The notes under the pieces: model-generated
Databases searched by the model: none
What the model saw: only the letters and a program-made list of their open reading frames with translations
Told to the model about the DNA's origin: nothing
Part shown: in pieces, positions 27,609-37,857 of the stretch
How positions within the stretch are numbered: the stretch's first letter is position 1
Layout of the letters: each line of letters begins with the position of its first letter
Position numbers and translations under genes: made by a program
Source: Candidatus Moraniibacteriota bacterium
GTDB lineage: Bacteria; Patescibacteriota; Minisyncoccia; Moranbacterales; UBA1568
Assembly: GCA_016699385.1 (NCBI GenBank)
Contig: CP064974.1
Span: 532,466 to 596,465, forward strand
DNA length: 64,000 nt
Reading direction: 5' to 3'

Positions 27609-28865
27609 TTATTTCTGAACCGTATCCATCGCTCGACGCAACATTCCTGCAAGAGATTTCTCTTCATCAGCCAAGTGCAAAGCAAGATTTGCAAGACCCA
27701 TCGGCGTAATATCCTGAGGATTTGAAAGAACTCCCGTCGAATCGCTCATACGAACAATGTCGTGCGGCTGAAGAAAGCTCACTTGGGGCGATTTCGAGAA
27801 CGGCAAATTACCACTCCATTCTTCCGAAAGAAGTGCCTCCCGAATACCCGGAAGTCCAGACCCACCGCCACAGAGGAATATCTTAGTCGGAAGCAAATCA
27901 GTATCGGAAAACTCGGCAAGCGAAAGCTCGATACCACCCTGCCACACGCGACAGTCTTCGTGAAAAAATTCATGAAGCGCCTCGGTCGCCTCTTTGTCGA
28001 GCTTGCCAAGAGAATAGTTAATCTTGAGTTTTTCTGCTTCTTCGAAGCTCATACCCGACTCCTGTGCAAGGCGCTTTGTAAAGGCGCGTCCACCCAAAGC
28101 AAACATTTTCGTTCCCTCGAGTCCACCATTTCGCACAACCGCGATATCCGTCGTTCCACCACCTATATCAATGAAGATAGCGCTGAAGTCAAGCATATCT
28201 TCCACTTCGACCGAACGAGCAACAGCATAGGGCTCCGCAGCAATATTGATGAGGTCGAGATGAAGCTCAGACGCGATACTCTCAATCGCGCCCAAGTGAA
28301 TCATCGGCGCATACGCATTGAAGATACTCATCGAAACATCACGCCCCTGAAAATTGAGCGGGTTGGTGACGCGATACCCATCGATCCGCACATCCACCAC
28401 GGCAGCATTAATCAGTTTCACATCAATTTCGGATTGATTTGTTTCCCACGCGAGTTGTTTATGAATACGCTCATAGGCCTTCTCTTGAACCTTCTCGACA
28501 ATCATACGGAGTTCTGAGAGGCCGATTTTTACCTCCGGATTCACTCGTTCATAGTGCACCGTCGTTGTTGTCCCTTTTACAAGTTCCCCAGCAATTCCCA
28601 CGATACTTTTCCGAACATTTTTTGCCTTTGCTTGTTCTTCTGCAAGGAGTATTGATTCACGACACGAATCAATGACGCCCGCGATATCCGAAACGGCGCC
28701 ACTTTGCATATTGCCCGACTTCTGACGAACCCATCCAACGCCCTTGACAATACCCAAACCGCCCTCGATGCGAAACACTAAGGCTTTTACGATTTCCGTC
28801 CCAATATCGAGCGCAAGAAAATGTTCGCCCGACCCCTGTCCCAAAACTTTTGAGAAAAAACCCAT
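27609..28865 (-). CDS. ftsA: cell division protein FtsA (actin-like ATPase)
   Basis: LALDIGTEIVKALVF (phosphate-1), DIGGGTTDIAVV (phosphate-2), and GGR...LAQ. The ATG is at MGFFSKV. Confidence 0.85.
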   Translation of the reverse strand: MGFFSKVLGQGSGEHFLALDIGTEIVKALVFRIEGGLGIVKGVGWVRQKSGNMQSGAVSDIAGVIDSCRESILLAEEQAKAKNVRKSIVGIAGELVKGTTTTVHYERVNPEVKIGLSELRMIVEKVQEKAYERIHKQLAWETNQSEIDVKLINAAVVDVRIDGYRVTNPLNFQGRDVSMSIFNAYAPMIHLGAIESIASELHLDLINIAAEPYAVARSVEVEDMLDFSAIFIDIGGGTTDIAVVRNGGLEGTKMFALGGRAFTKRLAQESGMSFEEAEKLKINYSLGKLDKEATEALHEFFHEDCRVWQGGIELSLAEFSDTDLLPTKIFLCGGGSGLPGIREALLSEEWSGNLPFSKSPQVSFLQPHDIVRMSDSTGVLSNPQDITPMGLANLALHLADEEKSLAGMLRRAMDTVQK

Positions 28866-28941
28866 AGAAAGAAACAGCAAGAGAATGTCACAAAACACCC
28901 ACCGAAACACTCTAGTATTTTATAGAATCACTATGCGTTTA

Positions 28942-29967
28942 TTATACCACAAGAGCGCCAGGTTCCTTCACAAGACTCACTGCAATATCAGAGATTCGTT
29001 CTTCAATATCCTCTCGTCGAAGCAACCCTTCAATGGCACCGTAGTGTTGCACAACATGCGCACCATTCACCATACCCCACTGTAGTGCTTCCGCAAGAGA
29101 TTTCCCAGAAATTTCCGCCGCTAAGAAAGCACTTCCAAATGCATCGCCCGCACCGGTCGTATCAATGCCTCGTTCTGTCTGTTTCGAAACCGCGCGAAAA
29201 AATTCCGTCCCGTCGTACCCCCACGCGCCCCGCACGCCATCCGTCATCGCAATTTTTTTCGCGCCATGCGCGAAGAGCGTACGAACAAGGAAGTCCTCAT
29301 TATTGAGAAGCGAGGCATCATGTAGAAGATGCGACACCAGTTCAATCGCCTCATCTTTGTTCAAAAGAAGAATATCCGCTTGTCCAACAGCTTCAAGCAC
29401 ACCGAGAGGATTATCTTTCATGTTCTTTTGTCCGGGATTAACGGCGAGCTTCGCGCCCACATTCTTGGCACCTGCTATCGTCTGCCGCATATTCTCTTCC
29501 CACGCGCCATTTAAGGCACTCATCATCACCCACGACGCGCCCTCAAATTTTGATACATCAACATGAAGTCGCTCAGCAGAGTCGCGATTATAAAAAATAG
29601 TCCGTTCGCCATCTTTGGTAAAGACAAGAATCGCCGAAAGATCACTCTTCACTTTCTCGTATTCTTCAAGCAGATTCACATCAACACCCTCTCGTTCAAA
29701 CTCACGCCGAATCCAGGCGCCGATATCATCGGCACCCATAGCGCCGTAGCACGACACCGGAAGACCGAGCCGTGCAAGTCCCACCGACGTATTCGCCGCC
29801 ACGCCACCGAGAGATTCAAATCGATCCTCAATCTGATACTTCGCGCCTACCTCAAACGCCACCTTCTTCTGCGCTGCAAGATCCTCCGGCGTATCCAAAA
29901 ACATTCCTTCCTCCGTCGGAAAAAAAATATCTTTTGCTACCGACCCAACACAGATAATATGAGGCAT
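28942..29967 (-). CDS. PfkB-family carbohydrate kinase
   Basis: N-terminal GG motif region, C-terminal DTTGAGDAFGSAFLA (PfkB signature 2). Confidence 0.85.
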   Translation of the reverse strand: MPHIICVGSVAKDIFFPTEEGMFLDTPEDLAAQKKVAFEVGAKYQIEDRFESLGGVAANTSVGLARLGLPVSCYGAMGADDIGAWIRREFEREGVDVNLLEEYEKVKSDLSAILVFTKDGERTIFYNRDSAERLHVDVSKFEGASWVMMSALNGAWEENMRQTIAGAKNVGAKLAVNPGQKNMKDNPLGVLEAVGQADILLLNKDEAIELVSHLLHDASLLNNEDFLVRTLFAHGAKKIAMTDGVRGAWGYDGTEFFRAVSKQTERGIDTTGAGDAFGSAFLAAEISGKSLAEALQWGMVNGAHVVQHYGAIEGLLRREDIEERISDIAVSLVKEPGALVV

Positions 29968-30014
29968 AAACTATGGAGACAGAAACGAATCAAAAAAAGG
30001 AATAGGACGAGTTT

Positions 30015-31310
30015 TTATTTCCCTAATTCTTCCGCAATGGCGAGCAAACGATTGTATTTCACCAAGCGTTCGCCACGGGAAAGTGACCCCGTCTTGATAC
30101 AATCGGCGCCAGCGCCTACTGCGAGGTCGGCGATGAAGTCGTCTGTTGTTTCACCAGAGCGGTGCGATACCACCGTCTTCAAGTTGTTTTTCTTGGCAAG
30201 ATGCATCGTATCGAGCGTCTCCGAGAGCGTGCCAATTTGGTTCGGCTTAATGAGAACGGCATTGCACGCCTTCTTCTCGATAGCAATCTCGACACGCTTC
30301 GGATTGGTCACGAGTAAATCATCGCCGATTGTCATAATACTCTTCCCTTTTCCAAATCGTTCTTCATGAATTGTCCACCCCTCCCAATCTCCCTCATGAA
30401 GTGCATCTTCAATTGAAACAAGAAAGTATTTCTCAACCCACTCCATATAGACATTGAGCAATTGGTCACGTGTCAAGCGAGCATGTTCGGGCTCGAGCGC
30501 ATACACATTTTCCGATGGAACATAAAAAGAATTCGCCGCCGCATCGATGCCAAAGAAAACATCTTTCCCTGGTGTATAGCCCGCTTTTTCGATTGCCTGA
30601 ATCAACATCTCAAATGCCTGAGCATGACTTTCGAGACGCGGCGCAAATCCGCCTTCATCCCCGACACTTGTCGAATATCCTGCCTTCGAAAGAATACCCT
30701 TCAGTGAGTGAAAAATCTCACTCCCCGCTCGAAGCCGCTCAGCATAGCCTTCGATTCCTTTTGGAAAAAGTTTAAACTCCTGCACTGACAAGCCAGAATC
30801 GCTATGATCCCCACCATTCAAAACATTGAACATCGGAATAGGAAAAGCATCGTCAGGTACCAATATATCACCTCTACCTTTCACGAAAAGCGTGCGAATA
30901 TACCGATGAAGTGAAACGCCCTCGCTCATCGACGCCGCGCGCGCCACTGCAAGCGAAATGCCGAGGAGAGCATTCGCACCCAACCGCGCTTTATTCTCCG
31001 TTCCATCAAGTGCACATATCGCAGAGTCGATACCTGTCTGATTAAGCACATCCATACCGACCACTTTCTCTCGAAGTTCACCATTTACATTCGCAACGGC
31101 ATTGAGCACACCCTTCCCACCATAGCGCTTGGCATCATTATCTCGCAACTCAATCGCCTCGAGTGACCCAGTCGACGCTCCACTCGGCACACCGGCAATT
31201 GCTGACATACCATTTTCAAGCGTCACTTTCACCTCAACCGTCGGATTTCCTCGCGAATCCAGAATCTCTCGCCCATGAATATCAGTAATTTTCGTCATAC
31301 AGAATAGCAT
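30015..31310 (-). CDS. eno: enolase
   Basis: MTKITDIHGREILDSRGNPTVEV plus full-length enolase motifs (SHRSGETED, IKPNQIGT). Two ATGs are possible, at 31310 and 31298. Confidence 0.95.
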   Translation of the reverse strand: MLFCMTKITDIHGREILDSRGNPTVEVKVTLENGMSAIAGVPSGASTGSLEAIELRDNDAKRYGGKGVLNAVANVNGELREKVVGMDVLNQTGIDSAICALDGTENKARLGANALLGISLAVARAASMSEGVSLHRYIRTLFVKGRGDILVPDDAFPIPMFNVLNGGDHSDSGLSVQEFKLFPKGIEGYAERLRAGSEIFHSLKGILSKAGYSTSVGDEGGFAPRLESHAQAFEMLIQAIEKAGYTPGKDVFFGIDAAANSFYVPSENVYALEPEHARLTRDQLLNVYMEWVEKYFLVSIEDALHEGDWEGWTIHEERFGKGKSIMTIGDDLLVTNPKRVEIAIEKKACNAVLIKPNQIGTLSETLDTMHLAKKNNLKTVVSHRSGETTDDFIADLAVGAGADCIKTGSLSRGERLVKYNRLLAIAEELGK

Positions 31311-31343
31311 TAAAAATCAGCCTTTCGGTGAAAAATCAGATTT

Positions 31344-32957
31344 CTAGGGTGCCACCTCGATAAAATGTCCATCACATTGTTTTGAACCCTCACACAAACG
31401 TCCACAACTATTCTTATAAGTACCCCTGCACTGTGTCGAATTTTCTCCGCTATCGCACACGCACGAAGCAATAGGAATACATGTTGTACCACTTCGGGTA
31501 TATCCTGACTTACACGTATATTCGCATTTCGGTTCAGAACCAAGTGGTGAACTACAAGAGTCTACCAAAGTATTTTGAACATCAGAAGTAAGACCGCTCA
31601 TATCTCCCGAGCATGATACTGCATTTGTCAGAGTAATCGAAGTATTTGATTGACAAGAAAACGTTGGGGAAGGACTTCCAGACACATTCACCGTCACCGC
31701 GCTAAAACTTGGCAAACCGATGTACAACGCTTGAATATTCGCCAGTGATGTCGAAGCAGGACTTCCTGCCGTCACCACACCCTTCGTTCCGGATATGTTC
31801 CCTACTGTTGCAACGGACGGAACTGAAGATGACCACGCTGCACTCGGAGTGACCATTGAATACCCTGTTGTCGAACACGATGGGATACTCGCAAGATTTG
31901 CCCAGTATCGCGCTTCGAGCTGTTGTGTTTGTGTCGGATTCAGAGTAACCGCAGCAGGACAAACCTTGAGGCGAGGAGTTGGACAAACCATCGTCCCATA
32001 CCCACACGAACCTCCACATCCATCACTGCCGAGGTAATGCGTCGTGCAATATGACGCCGGATTTAGAGAACAACTTGGCGTACATGACACTGTCTTACTT
32101 GCACTGCAGGCTGTTCCGGTACAACTCCAGCTCCAGGGGCCCGAACCGGAAACAGCACTCGAGACACCGGCACTACAGCGTTCCGCTACAGTCGATGGAG
32201 CTGTTGCGCGTGTTGTTCCGTTAGCAGTTCCACAAATACCAGGGGAAAGATTCGCACTGCAAGAAGCTGTGCCACAATTCCATGTCCATCCATTCCAATA
32301 GGAACCAGAGTAACGGAAGGCGAAATTCGTCTGCGTTGTGTTGACACAACGGTCAGCCGAAGGAGGTCCTGAGGTTGGATATGTTTTCCCATTTGCCGTG
32401 CCACAGGTGATAGCAGGGGCAGCATCTCGACTTGCGGAGCATGTCACTGTTGGAGATGAGCTATTGAAACATGACCACGTGACTGTCTTCCCTGGCGCAG
32501 GAAATGGAACCGCTCCATTTCCTACAGTGGGAGATGAACCTGATACACAAAGATTACTGGGAGAATATGCTGTATCTGTATACGCATAGTTTTTTGCCGC
32601 TGAACTACAGAGGGAACCACCTCCACTGCTGCCACTATTTTCACATTGCGCAGTTTTACTCAGCATGCACCGCGGAATACTATAGGCACAATCACAGCTC
32701 CCACAAGCTCGTTGCTCACCAACCGTAGAACAGCTCGAACCGGCACTCGGACAACTTACACTGCTTGTTGGCGACCAATTTCCAGAACCTGACGGACTCT
32801 CAACTCCACAAGATTGAGTCAGTAAATTGTTTACAACCCATGTGCTAGCAGCATGTGCCCTTTGTCCGATAAGAAAAAACGAACCAGCAAGAAAAAGAAA
32901 CATGAAAACACTCCGTGATATGTGCAATTTTTTCATTGTAAGTAAAACGCTCTTCAT
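31344..32957 (-). CDS. secreted Cys/Ser/Thr-rich repeat protein with Big_2 (bacterial Ig-like) domain
   Basis: Signal peptide (FMFLFLAGSFFLIGQRAHA), repeated WxWxC...CSAS and CGTANGxT...RC modules, and a Big_2-like stretch VTLNPTQTQQLEARYW...GNISGTKGVVTAGSPASTSLANIQALY. Confidence 0.7.
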   Translation of the reverse strand: MKSVLLTMKKLHISRSVFMFLFLAGSFFLIGQRAHAASTWVVNNLLTQSCGVESPSGSGNWSPTSSVSCPSAGSSCSTVGEQRACGSCDCAYSIPRCMLSKTAQCENSGSSGGGSLCSSAAKNYAYTDTAYSPSNLCVSGSSPTVGNGAVPFPAPGKTVTWSCFNSSSPTVTCSASRDAAPAITCGTANGKTYPTSGPPSADRCVNTTQTNFAFRYSGSYWNGWTWNCGTASCSANLSPGICGTANGTTRATAPSTVAERCSAGVSSAVSGSGPWSWSCTGTACSASKTVSCTPSCSLNPASYCTTHYLGSDGCGGSCGYGTMVCPTPRLKVCPAAVTLNPTQTQQLEARYWANLASIPSCSTTGYSMVTPSAAWSSSVPSVATVGNISGTKGVVTAGSPASTSLANIQALYIGLPSFSAVTVNVSGSPSPTFSCQSNTSITLTNAVSCSGDMSGLTSDVQNTLVDSCSSPLGSEPKCEYTCKSGYTRSGTTCIPIASCVCDSGENSTQCRGTYKNSCGRLCEGSKQCDGHFIEVAP

Positions 32958-33002
32958 AATTTCAGTTTTTATATGTTTTTCTCTTGAAAATAAAGAAATT
33001 GC

Positions 33003-33566
33003 CTACTGCCCCGATTTCATCATTCCCTCACCAGTCTTTTCTGCACTCATCACGCCCAGCTCTTTCCCCACCTTCTCCCCAATAACATACGCGTCTTCCG
33101 TTGGGTTCGCCTGTGACGTCACTGTCACGGTATCCCCTACTTTGAAGGATTCGGAGAATCCTTCTTTCGTATCTCGTTCGGAAAGAAAGAAGCGATAGAG
33201 TTTGTCGGGGGCCGGATAGAGCAGAGAATCAATGATTGGACTCACTTTGAGATCAAGCTCCATGCCTTTCACATCTTTTTGCTCGGGTACAGCACGAACA
33301 CCTAGTACCTCTCCGGTGACAGAGATATGATTTTGTTCATCTCGCTTCCATCCCATGAGGACTTCTTCGGTCATGACTTCAGAGGGAGGAACATCTTTCA
33401 CATCGTCTTTGGACATATTCGGAGAGTTTGAAAGAGAACTATCCTTATCCATTTCTCGATTAAACCCGCGGAGAGCAAAAGCAACCGCGAGTATCATGGC
33501 GATAGCAAGTGCAACAAGAGACCAAAACAAAACTTTGTTTGATCCTGAGGAAGACTGAAATGGCAT
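33003..33566 (-). CDS. hypothetical membrane-anchored protein
   Basis: N-terminal TM (VLFWSLVALAIAMILAVAFAL) and an extracytoplasmic domain of about 150 aa. No motif recognised. Confidence 0.5.
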   Translation of the reverse strand: MPFQSSSGSNKVLFWSLVALAIAMILAVAFALRGFNREMDKDSSLSNSPNMSKDDVKDVPPSEVMTEEVLMGWKRDEQNHISVTGEVLGVRAVPEQKDVKGMELDLKVSPIIDSLLYPAPDKLYRFFLSERDTKEGFSESFKVGDTVTVTSQANPTEDAYVIGEKVGKELGVMSAEKTGEGMMKSGQ

Positions 33567-33738
33567 GACGTTTTTGTTTTACTGATTATGCATTTGTTTC
33601 GAAAGGAAACAAATGAAAGAAGATACTGTGAGAAGTATAGCATGGAAACTTCTTGTGGGGGAAATTTTCGATACAGAGTAAATAAAAACTGCCCTAAAAA
33701 ATTTAGAGCAGCTTTACTGTAAGAAAATTCTCCCCTCT

Positions 33739-34119
33739 CTATATCCGGATATCATTCATAACGTCATCGAGACTCCGCTTCTCGGATTGTTCAGCAACTT
33801 CTTCATGCCGTTCTTCGTGGGAATTACGAGAAGAGGGTATACTTTCGCGATTGCCACGGGTTGAACCGACCGGCTCATTAATTTTGAGATTCACACGAGC
33901 ATTGTTTCGCGCACCGATAACGCGCAGGAGCGTTCGAAGGGCTTTCGCTGTTACACCTTCCCGACCGATAACCATACCCATATCTTCCGGATTCACATCA
34001 AGCGTAATGAGCACGCCCATCTCATCAATCTTCCGCTCTACTTTCACATCATCCGGATGATCCACCAACATCTTTACGACATATTCAACAAACTCCCGAT
34101 CTTTTGCATTCTCAGTCAT
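33739..34119 (-). CDS. KH-domain RNA-binding protein (KhpA/YlqC-like)
   Basis: VIGREGVTAKALRTLL is the GxxG KH motif of the UPF0109 family. It has a C-terminal acidic extension. Confidence 0.8.
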   Translation of the reverse strand: MTENAKDREFVEYVVKMLVDHPDDVKVERKIDEMGVLITLDVNPEDMGMVIGREGVTAKALRTLLRVIGARNNARVNLKINEPVGSTRGNRESIPSSRNSHEERHEEVAEQSEKRSLDDVMNDIRI

Positions 34120-34219
34120 ACACGTTCATAAAGGATTACGGCTTATGCGCGAGCTTTTACCCACATGCCCGCTTTCACACTCATTATACCGCACCCCGCA
34201 TCAGCAAACAAGAACCAAG

Positions 34220-35596
34220 TCAAGCAAGCAAAGATGATGATGGGGGAAGAAAAGGTGTATTTCTCCATTCATTTGACTGACGACACAAAAGCGTACGCGC
34301 AGAAGAAGGTTCAAGCAATACCATCTCAACCGTCTTCTCAAGCCGCATACCTTGCGAGCCTTTGAGAAGCACTACATCTCCTTCTCGAAGAGATGCGACG
34401 AGTTGATCTCCAAGTGACTCAGGATCAGAAAACCAATGGAGATGATTCGAAGGAAACTCCATACGCTCGAGCTCTTCCTTTGCAAGAAGCATACCGGTGC
34501 CAAGGAGAAATACCTCGTGAATACCGTGTTTGCAAATCCACTCTGCGACACCCCGATGTGCTCGATCAGAATCGGCGCCAAGTTCAAGCATATCGCCAAG
34601 CACAACAACTCGCCGAGAACATTCTAATGTCTCAATCGTTTTCAGTGCTGCCAAGAGCGACTTGGGTGACGAATTGTAGGTATCGTCTATAAGCAGTGTG
34701 CGATGCACACCTTCAAACAATCTCATCCTCCCCGGAAGTGACTGGAATTTCCGAAGCGTTTCCGCCACTTCAAGCGGATTCATCTTGAAAAATATCCCAA
34801 CTGCCGCTGCCGCAAGCGCTGCCGAAATATGATGCTCTGCAATAATGTTCGGGAGACGGACCGGTATACTCTTCCCATCATATTCCAACTTAAAACTCGA
34901 CCCAATCGGAAGCGCTGCGGTATCCCGAAAGAACGCGACGTGCGTTCCGCGAACATCAGCTGCCTCGTCAAATCCATAAGAGAGTACTGCCGCCTTTGTC
35001 TTGTCTCGAAATTTCATCACGCATGGCTCATCAGCATTTAAAACAGCGAGACCATTCTTCGGAAGAGAGAGGATTAATTTCCCCTTTTCTCGAGATACAA
35101 CTGAGAGCGATTTGAAAAATTCGAGATGACTCGTCGAAATAGTTGTGAGTACACCGACAACAGGCGACAGAAATTCCAAGAGATATTCCATATCTCCGAT
35201 GCGATCAATGCCAAGCTCAAGAATCAATATCTCAGGATATCGACTATGAGGAAGACAGAGTGTCAAAAAAAATCGAAATGGCGCAACAACAAGACGGAAT
35301 CGTGACCGTTTCGTATCAAGAGACCCGATAATAGTAAGCGGAATACCAATTTCATTGTTGAAATTCCCCGGACTCTGCCGCACACGAAAACGCGCAGAGA
35401 GCACCGTCGCAATTGCTTCCTTTGTCGAACTCTTCCCAACCGATCCAGTAATGCCAAGAACAATCGGTCGATGTCGTTTCAAGACGACAATCGCCATGAT
35501 ACGCAGCATTGATTCCACACAACGAAGAAGAAATGATTTCATAAGAAATATGTTACTTCCCAAGAGATTCTGTTGGCTCGATATTGGAAGATTCAA
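34220..35596 (-). CDS. murF: UDP-N-acetylmuramoyl-tripeptide--D-alanyl-D-alanine ligase
   Basis: GITGSVGKSSTKE P-loop, NFNNEIGIPLTIIG, ELGIDRIGDM, LIDDTYNSSPKS, GDMLELG. The N-terminal domain looks short, and the start overlaps the ftsI stop. Confidence 0.85.
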   Translation of the reverse strand: MNLPISSQQNLLGSNIFLMKSFLLRCVESMLRIMAIVVLKRHRPIVLGITGSVGKSSTKEAIATVLSARFRVRQSPGNFNNEIGIPLTIIGSLDTKRSRFRLVVAPFRFFLTLCLPHSRYPEILILELGIDRIGDMEYLLEFLSPVVGVLTTISTSHLEFFKSLSVVSREKGKLILSLPKNGLAVLNADEPCVMKFRDKTKAAVLSYGFDEAADVRGTHVAFFRDTAALPIGSSFKLEYDGKSIPVRLPNIIAEHHISAALAAAAVGIFFKMNPLEVAETLRKFQSLPGRMRLFEGVHRTLLIDDTYNSSPKSLLAALKTIETLECSRRVVVLGDMLELGADSDRAHRGVAEWICKHGIHEVFLLGTGMLLAKEELERMEFPSNHLHWFSDPESLGDQLVASLREGDVVLLKGSQGMRLEKTVEMVLLEPSSARTLLCRQSNEWRNTPFLPPSSSLLA

Positions 35597-37307
35597 GGAG
35601 AAACTTCATCACCTTTTGAAATGTCGGTGCCGCACTCGATTCCGCCCACTCGACATTTTTTGGATTATCAATCTTCACCAAAACGACAAACTTCGGATCA
35701 TTGAGCGGAGCGTAGCCCGCAAAAGATCCAATGTTCATCCCGTCTGCATATCCTTTGGCATCCGATTTCGCAACCTGCGCCGTTCCGGTCTTCCCAACGA
35801 CGAGATAGCCCGGAACATCCGCGCGCTTCCCATGACCATTCACCACCACATCGCGAAGCATCATTCCTATCTCACGAGCAGTATCCTTACTTACCACTGA
35901 CCGAATTTCCTCCGGAGGAACCTCTTCTACGCGACCATCAGAAAAGAGTTTACGATCTATGATGCGTGGCTTCATAAGAATACCGCCATTGGCAAGCGCA
36001 GCATAGGCATTCGTCAGTTGCATCGGTGTCACAGTCACACCCTGACCAAACGACGCAGTGAAATATTCCGTCGATCGATTCACATTTTCCAGATTGCGAA
36101 TATTGCCAGCTGTTTCCGCAGGGAGCATGATACCGGTCTTTTCCCCAAAACCAAAACGCGTGAAATACTCACGGAAACGCTCATTTCCCACCAGACGCTC
36201 AACAAAGATAACGCCGGTATTTATAGACTCATCGAGCACCTGCATCATGGTAGACCGACCATATACTTTGCTCTCCGCATTTTTTATCACATATCCCCCC
36301 TCTTTTACAAATCCCGTATCGACATATTCCGTGTGCGCATTCACCTTCCCATCTTCGATACCAATAGCCATTGTGATTGGCTTCATAACTGACCCGGGCT
36401 CATACGCGAGACTCACCGCCGGATTGAGAAATGTCTCCGCATCCTCCGTCTTTGCATATTCATTTGGATTGAAATCAGGAAATGACGCAAGCCCCAAGAT
36501 ACTCCCTGTCTTCGGATCCATCACGACGATTGTTCCGCTATCCGCTTGAAAGTTTGTAATAGCATCTTTGAGAATCTTTTCAACCTCATACTGGACAACG
36601 CGTTCAATTGTCAAAATAAGACTCACTCCACTTTCGGGAGACGAAAACGCTTTCCCGCTTAGGGAAATCCAACGTCCACTTGCATCTTGTTTATTCGACA
36701 CAAAGCCAGCTTCCCCCCTCAAAGCATCCTCGAATGACGCTTCCACCCCATATCGCCCCTCATATTGATCGCCTTGCATGCCAACAAATCCCACTGTCTG
36801 CGAGGCGAGATCAAACCCCGGATAGTACCGAAATATTTCCGGAAGAAGAAAGACGCCTCCAATATGCAATGCTCGTACCCGATCCACTTCCTCATCCGAA
36901 AGTCGATGCTTAAGTATCTCAAAAGGATCATGTGTCTTTGCAAGTTTCTCTTCAAGCATTGAAGTATCGAGATCCAGCGCTTCCGAAAGGTCGCGCACTG
37001 CCCGAGCAGCGTCTTGCACTTCCCCGGGAACCACATAGGCAAGTAGGTATTGCCGATTAACCGCAATTGGATACAGCTCACCATGGTCACTCAAAAATAT
37101 TTCTCCACGCTCTGCCGGAAGCGCACGAGAAACACTTTGCTGCGCTTCCGCACGAGAAACATAGGCATCATGCTGAATCACCTGAAGTGTTGCCAGTCGA
37201 GCCACAAGCACCAAAGAGAGCCCGAAAACAAAAAGCACAAGAGCGGAAATCCTCCAGTGCTTCCGAGGGGGAGCTGTCGATAGACGTTTTCGAGAAGATT
37301 TCGGCAT
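35553..37307 (-). CDS. ftsI: penicillin-binding protein 2 / FtsI transpeptidase
   Basis: N-terminal TM, SVMKP (SxxK), SxN, KTGTAQ (KTG) motifs. Confidence 0.9.
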   Translation of the reverse strand: MPKSSRKRLSTAPPRKHWRISALVLFVFGLSLVLVARLATLQVIQHDAYVSRAEAQQSVSRALPAERGEIFLSDHGELYPIAVNRQYLLAYVVPGEVQDAARAVRDLSEALDLDTSMLEEKLAKTHDPFEILKHRLSDEEVDRVRALHIGGVFLLPEIFRYYPGFDLASQTVGFVGMQGDQYEGRYGVEASFEDALRGEAGFVSNKQDASGRWISLSGKAFSSPESGVSLILTIERVVQYEVEKILKDAITNFQADSGTIVVMDPKTGSILGLASFPDFNPNEYAKTEDAETFLNPAVSLAYEPGSVMKPITMAIGIEDGKVNAHTEYVDTGFVKEGGYVIKNAESKVYGRSTMMQVLDESINTGVIFVERLVGNERFREYFTRFGFGEKTGIMLPAETAGNIRNLENVNRSTEYFTASFGQGVTVTPMQLTNAYAALANGGILMKPRIIDRKLFSDGRVEEVPPEEIRSVVSKDTAREIGMMLRDVVVNGHGKRADVPGYLVVGKTGTAQVAKSDAKGYADGMNIGSFAGYAPLNDPKFVVLVKIDNPKNVEWAESSAAPTFQKVMKFLLESSNIEPTESLGK

Positions 37308-37383
37308 GAAAACACAGTTTCCAAATTCAGCATTTCAAACAAACGTGCGCACGTTCAAAGAATCATGGAGAATACGCTGGCTT

Positions 37384-37728
37384 CTATCTCCCATACGCAA
37401 CCGGACCAGGAACATCGAGCGACACCGCGTCTTCAATCGGACGCATGCCAAGTTGACTACTTGCATTCTCGAGTCCGTAGAGTGACCGAAGTTCCGCCTC
37501 TCGAATACGCAACTTTTGTGCTTCGGTAGAGAGCTCTGCCATACGCTTCTCAGCGACTCGCATGGAATAACCCGCCACCGCATTTCGATTCACCATAGAG
37601 AGGTATCCTACCATGGTAAGGAAAAGACTCACCATCGAGAGTATGCCAAGGACACGAAAACGCTTTCGAGGAAATTTTTCCTCCATAGCTATCTTACGCG
37701 ACACACGAATTTGAGAGTGATGAGACAT
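37384..37728 (-). CDS. ftsL: cell division protein FtsL/DivIC-like (septum formation initiator)
   Basis: Small bitopic protein with a TM followed by a coiled coil, located between rsmH and ftsI as in dcw clusters. Assignment is by position and architecture. Confidence 0.6.
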   Translation of the reverse strand: MSHHSQIRVSRKIAMEEKFPRKRFRVLGILSMVSLFLTMVGYLSMVNRNAVAGYSMRVAEKRMAELSTEAQKLRIREAELRSLYGLENASSQLGMRPIEDAVSLDVPGPVAYGR

Positions 37729-37857
37729 GATTCTGTTGTTTTTGTATTTTTGACAATTCTTCCCTCAGAAAACTCCGAGAAAATTCTGAAATCCGAGTCA
37801 TTCCACATTCTTCAAAGAAGCCGGGACTTTAAACGCGCACCACCATTTCGTATACGG

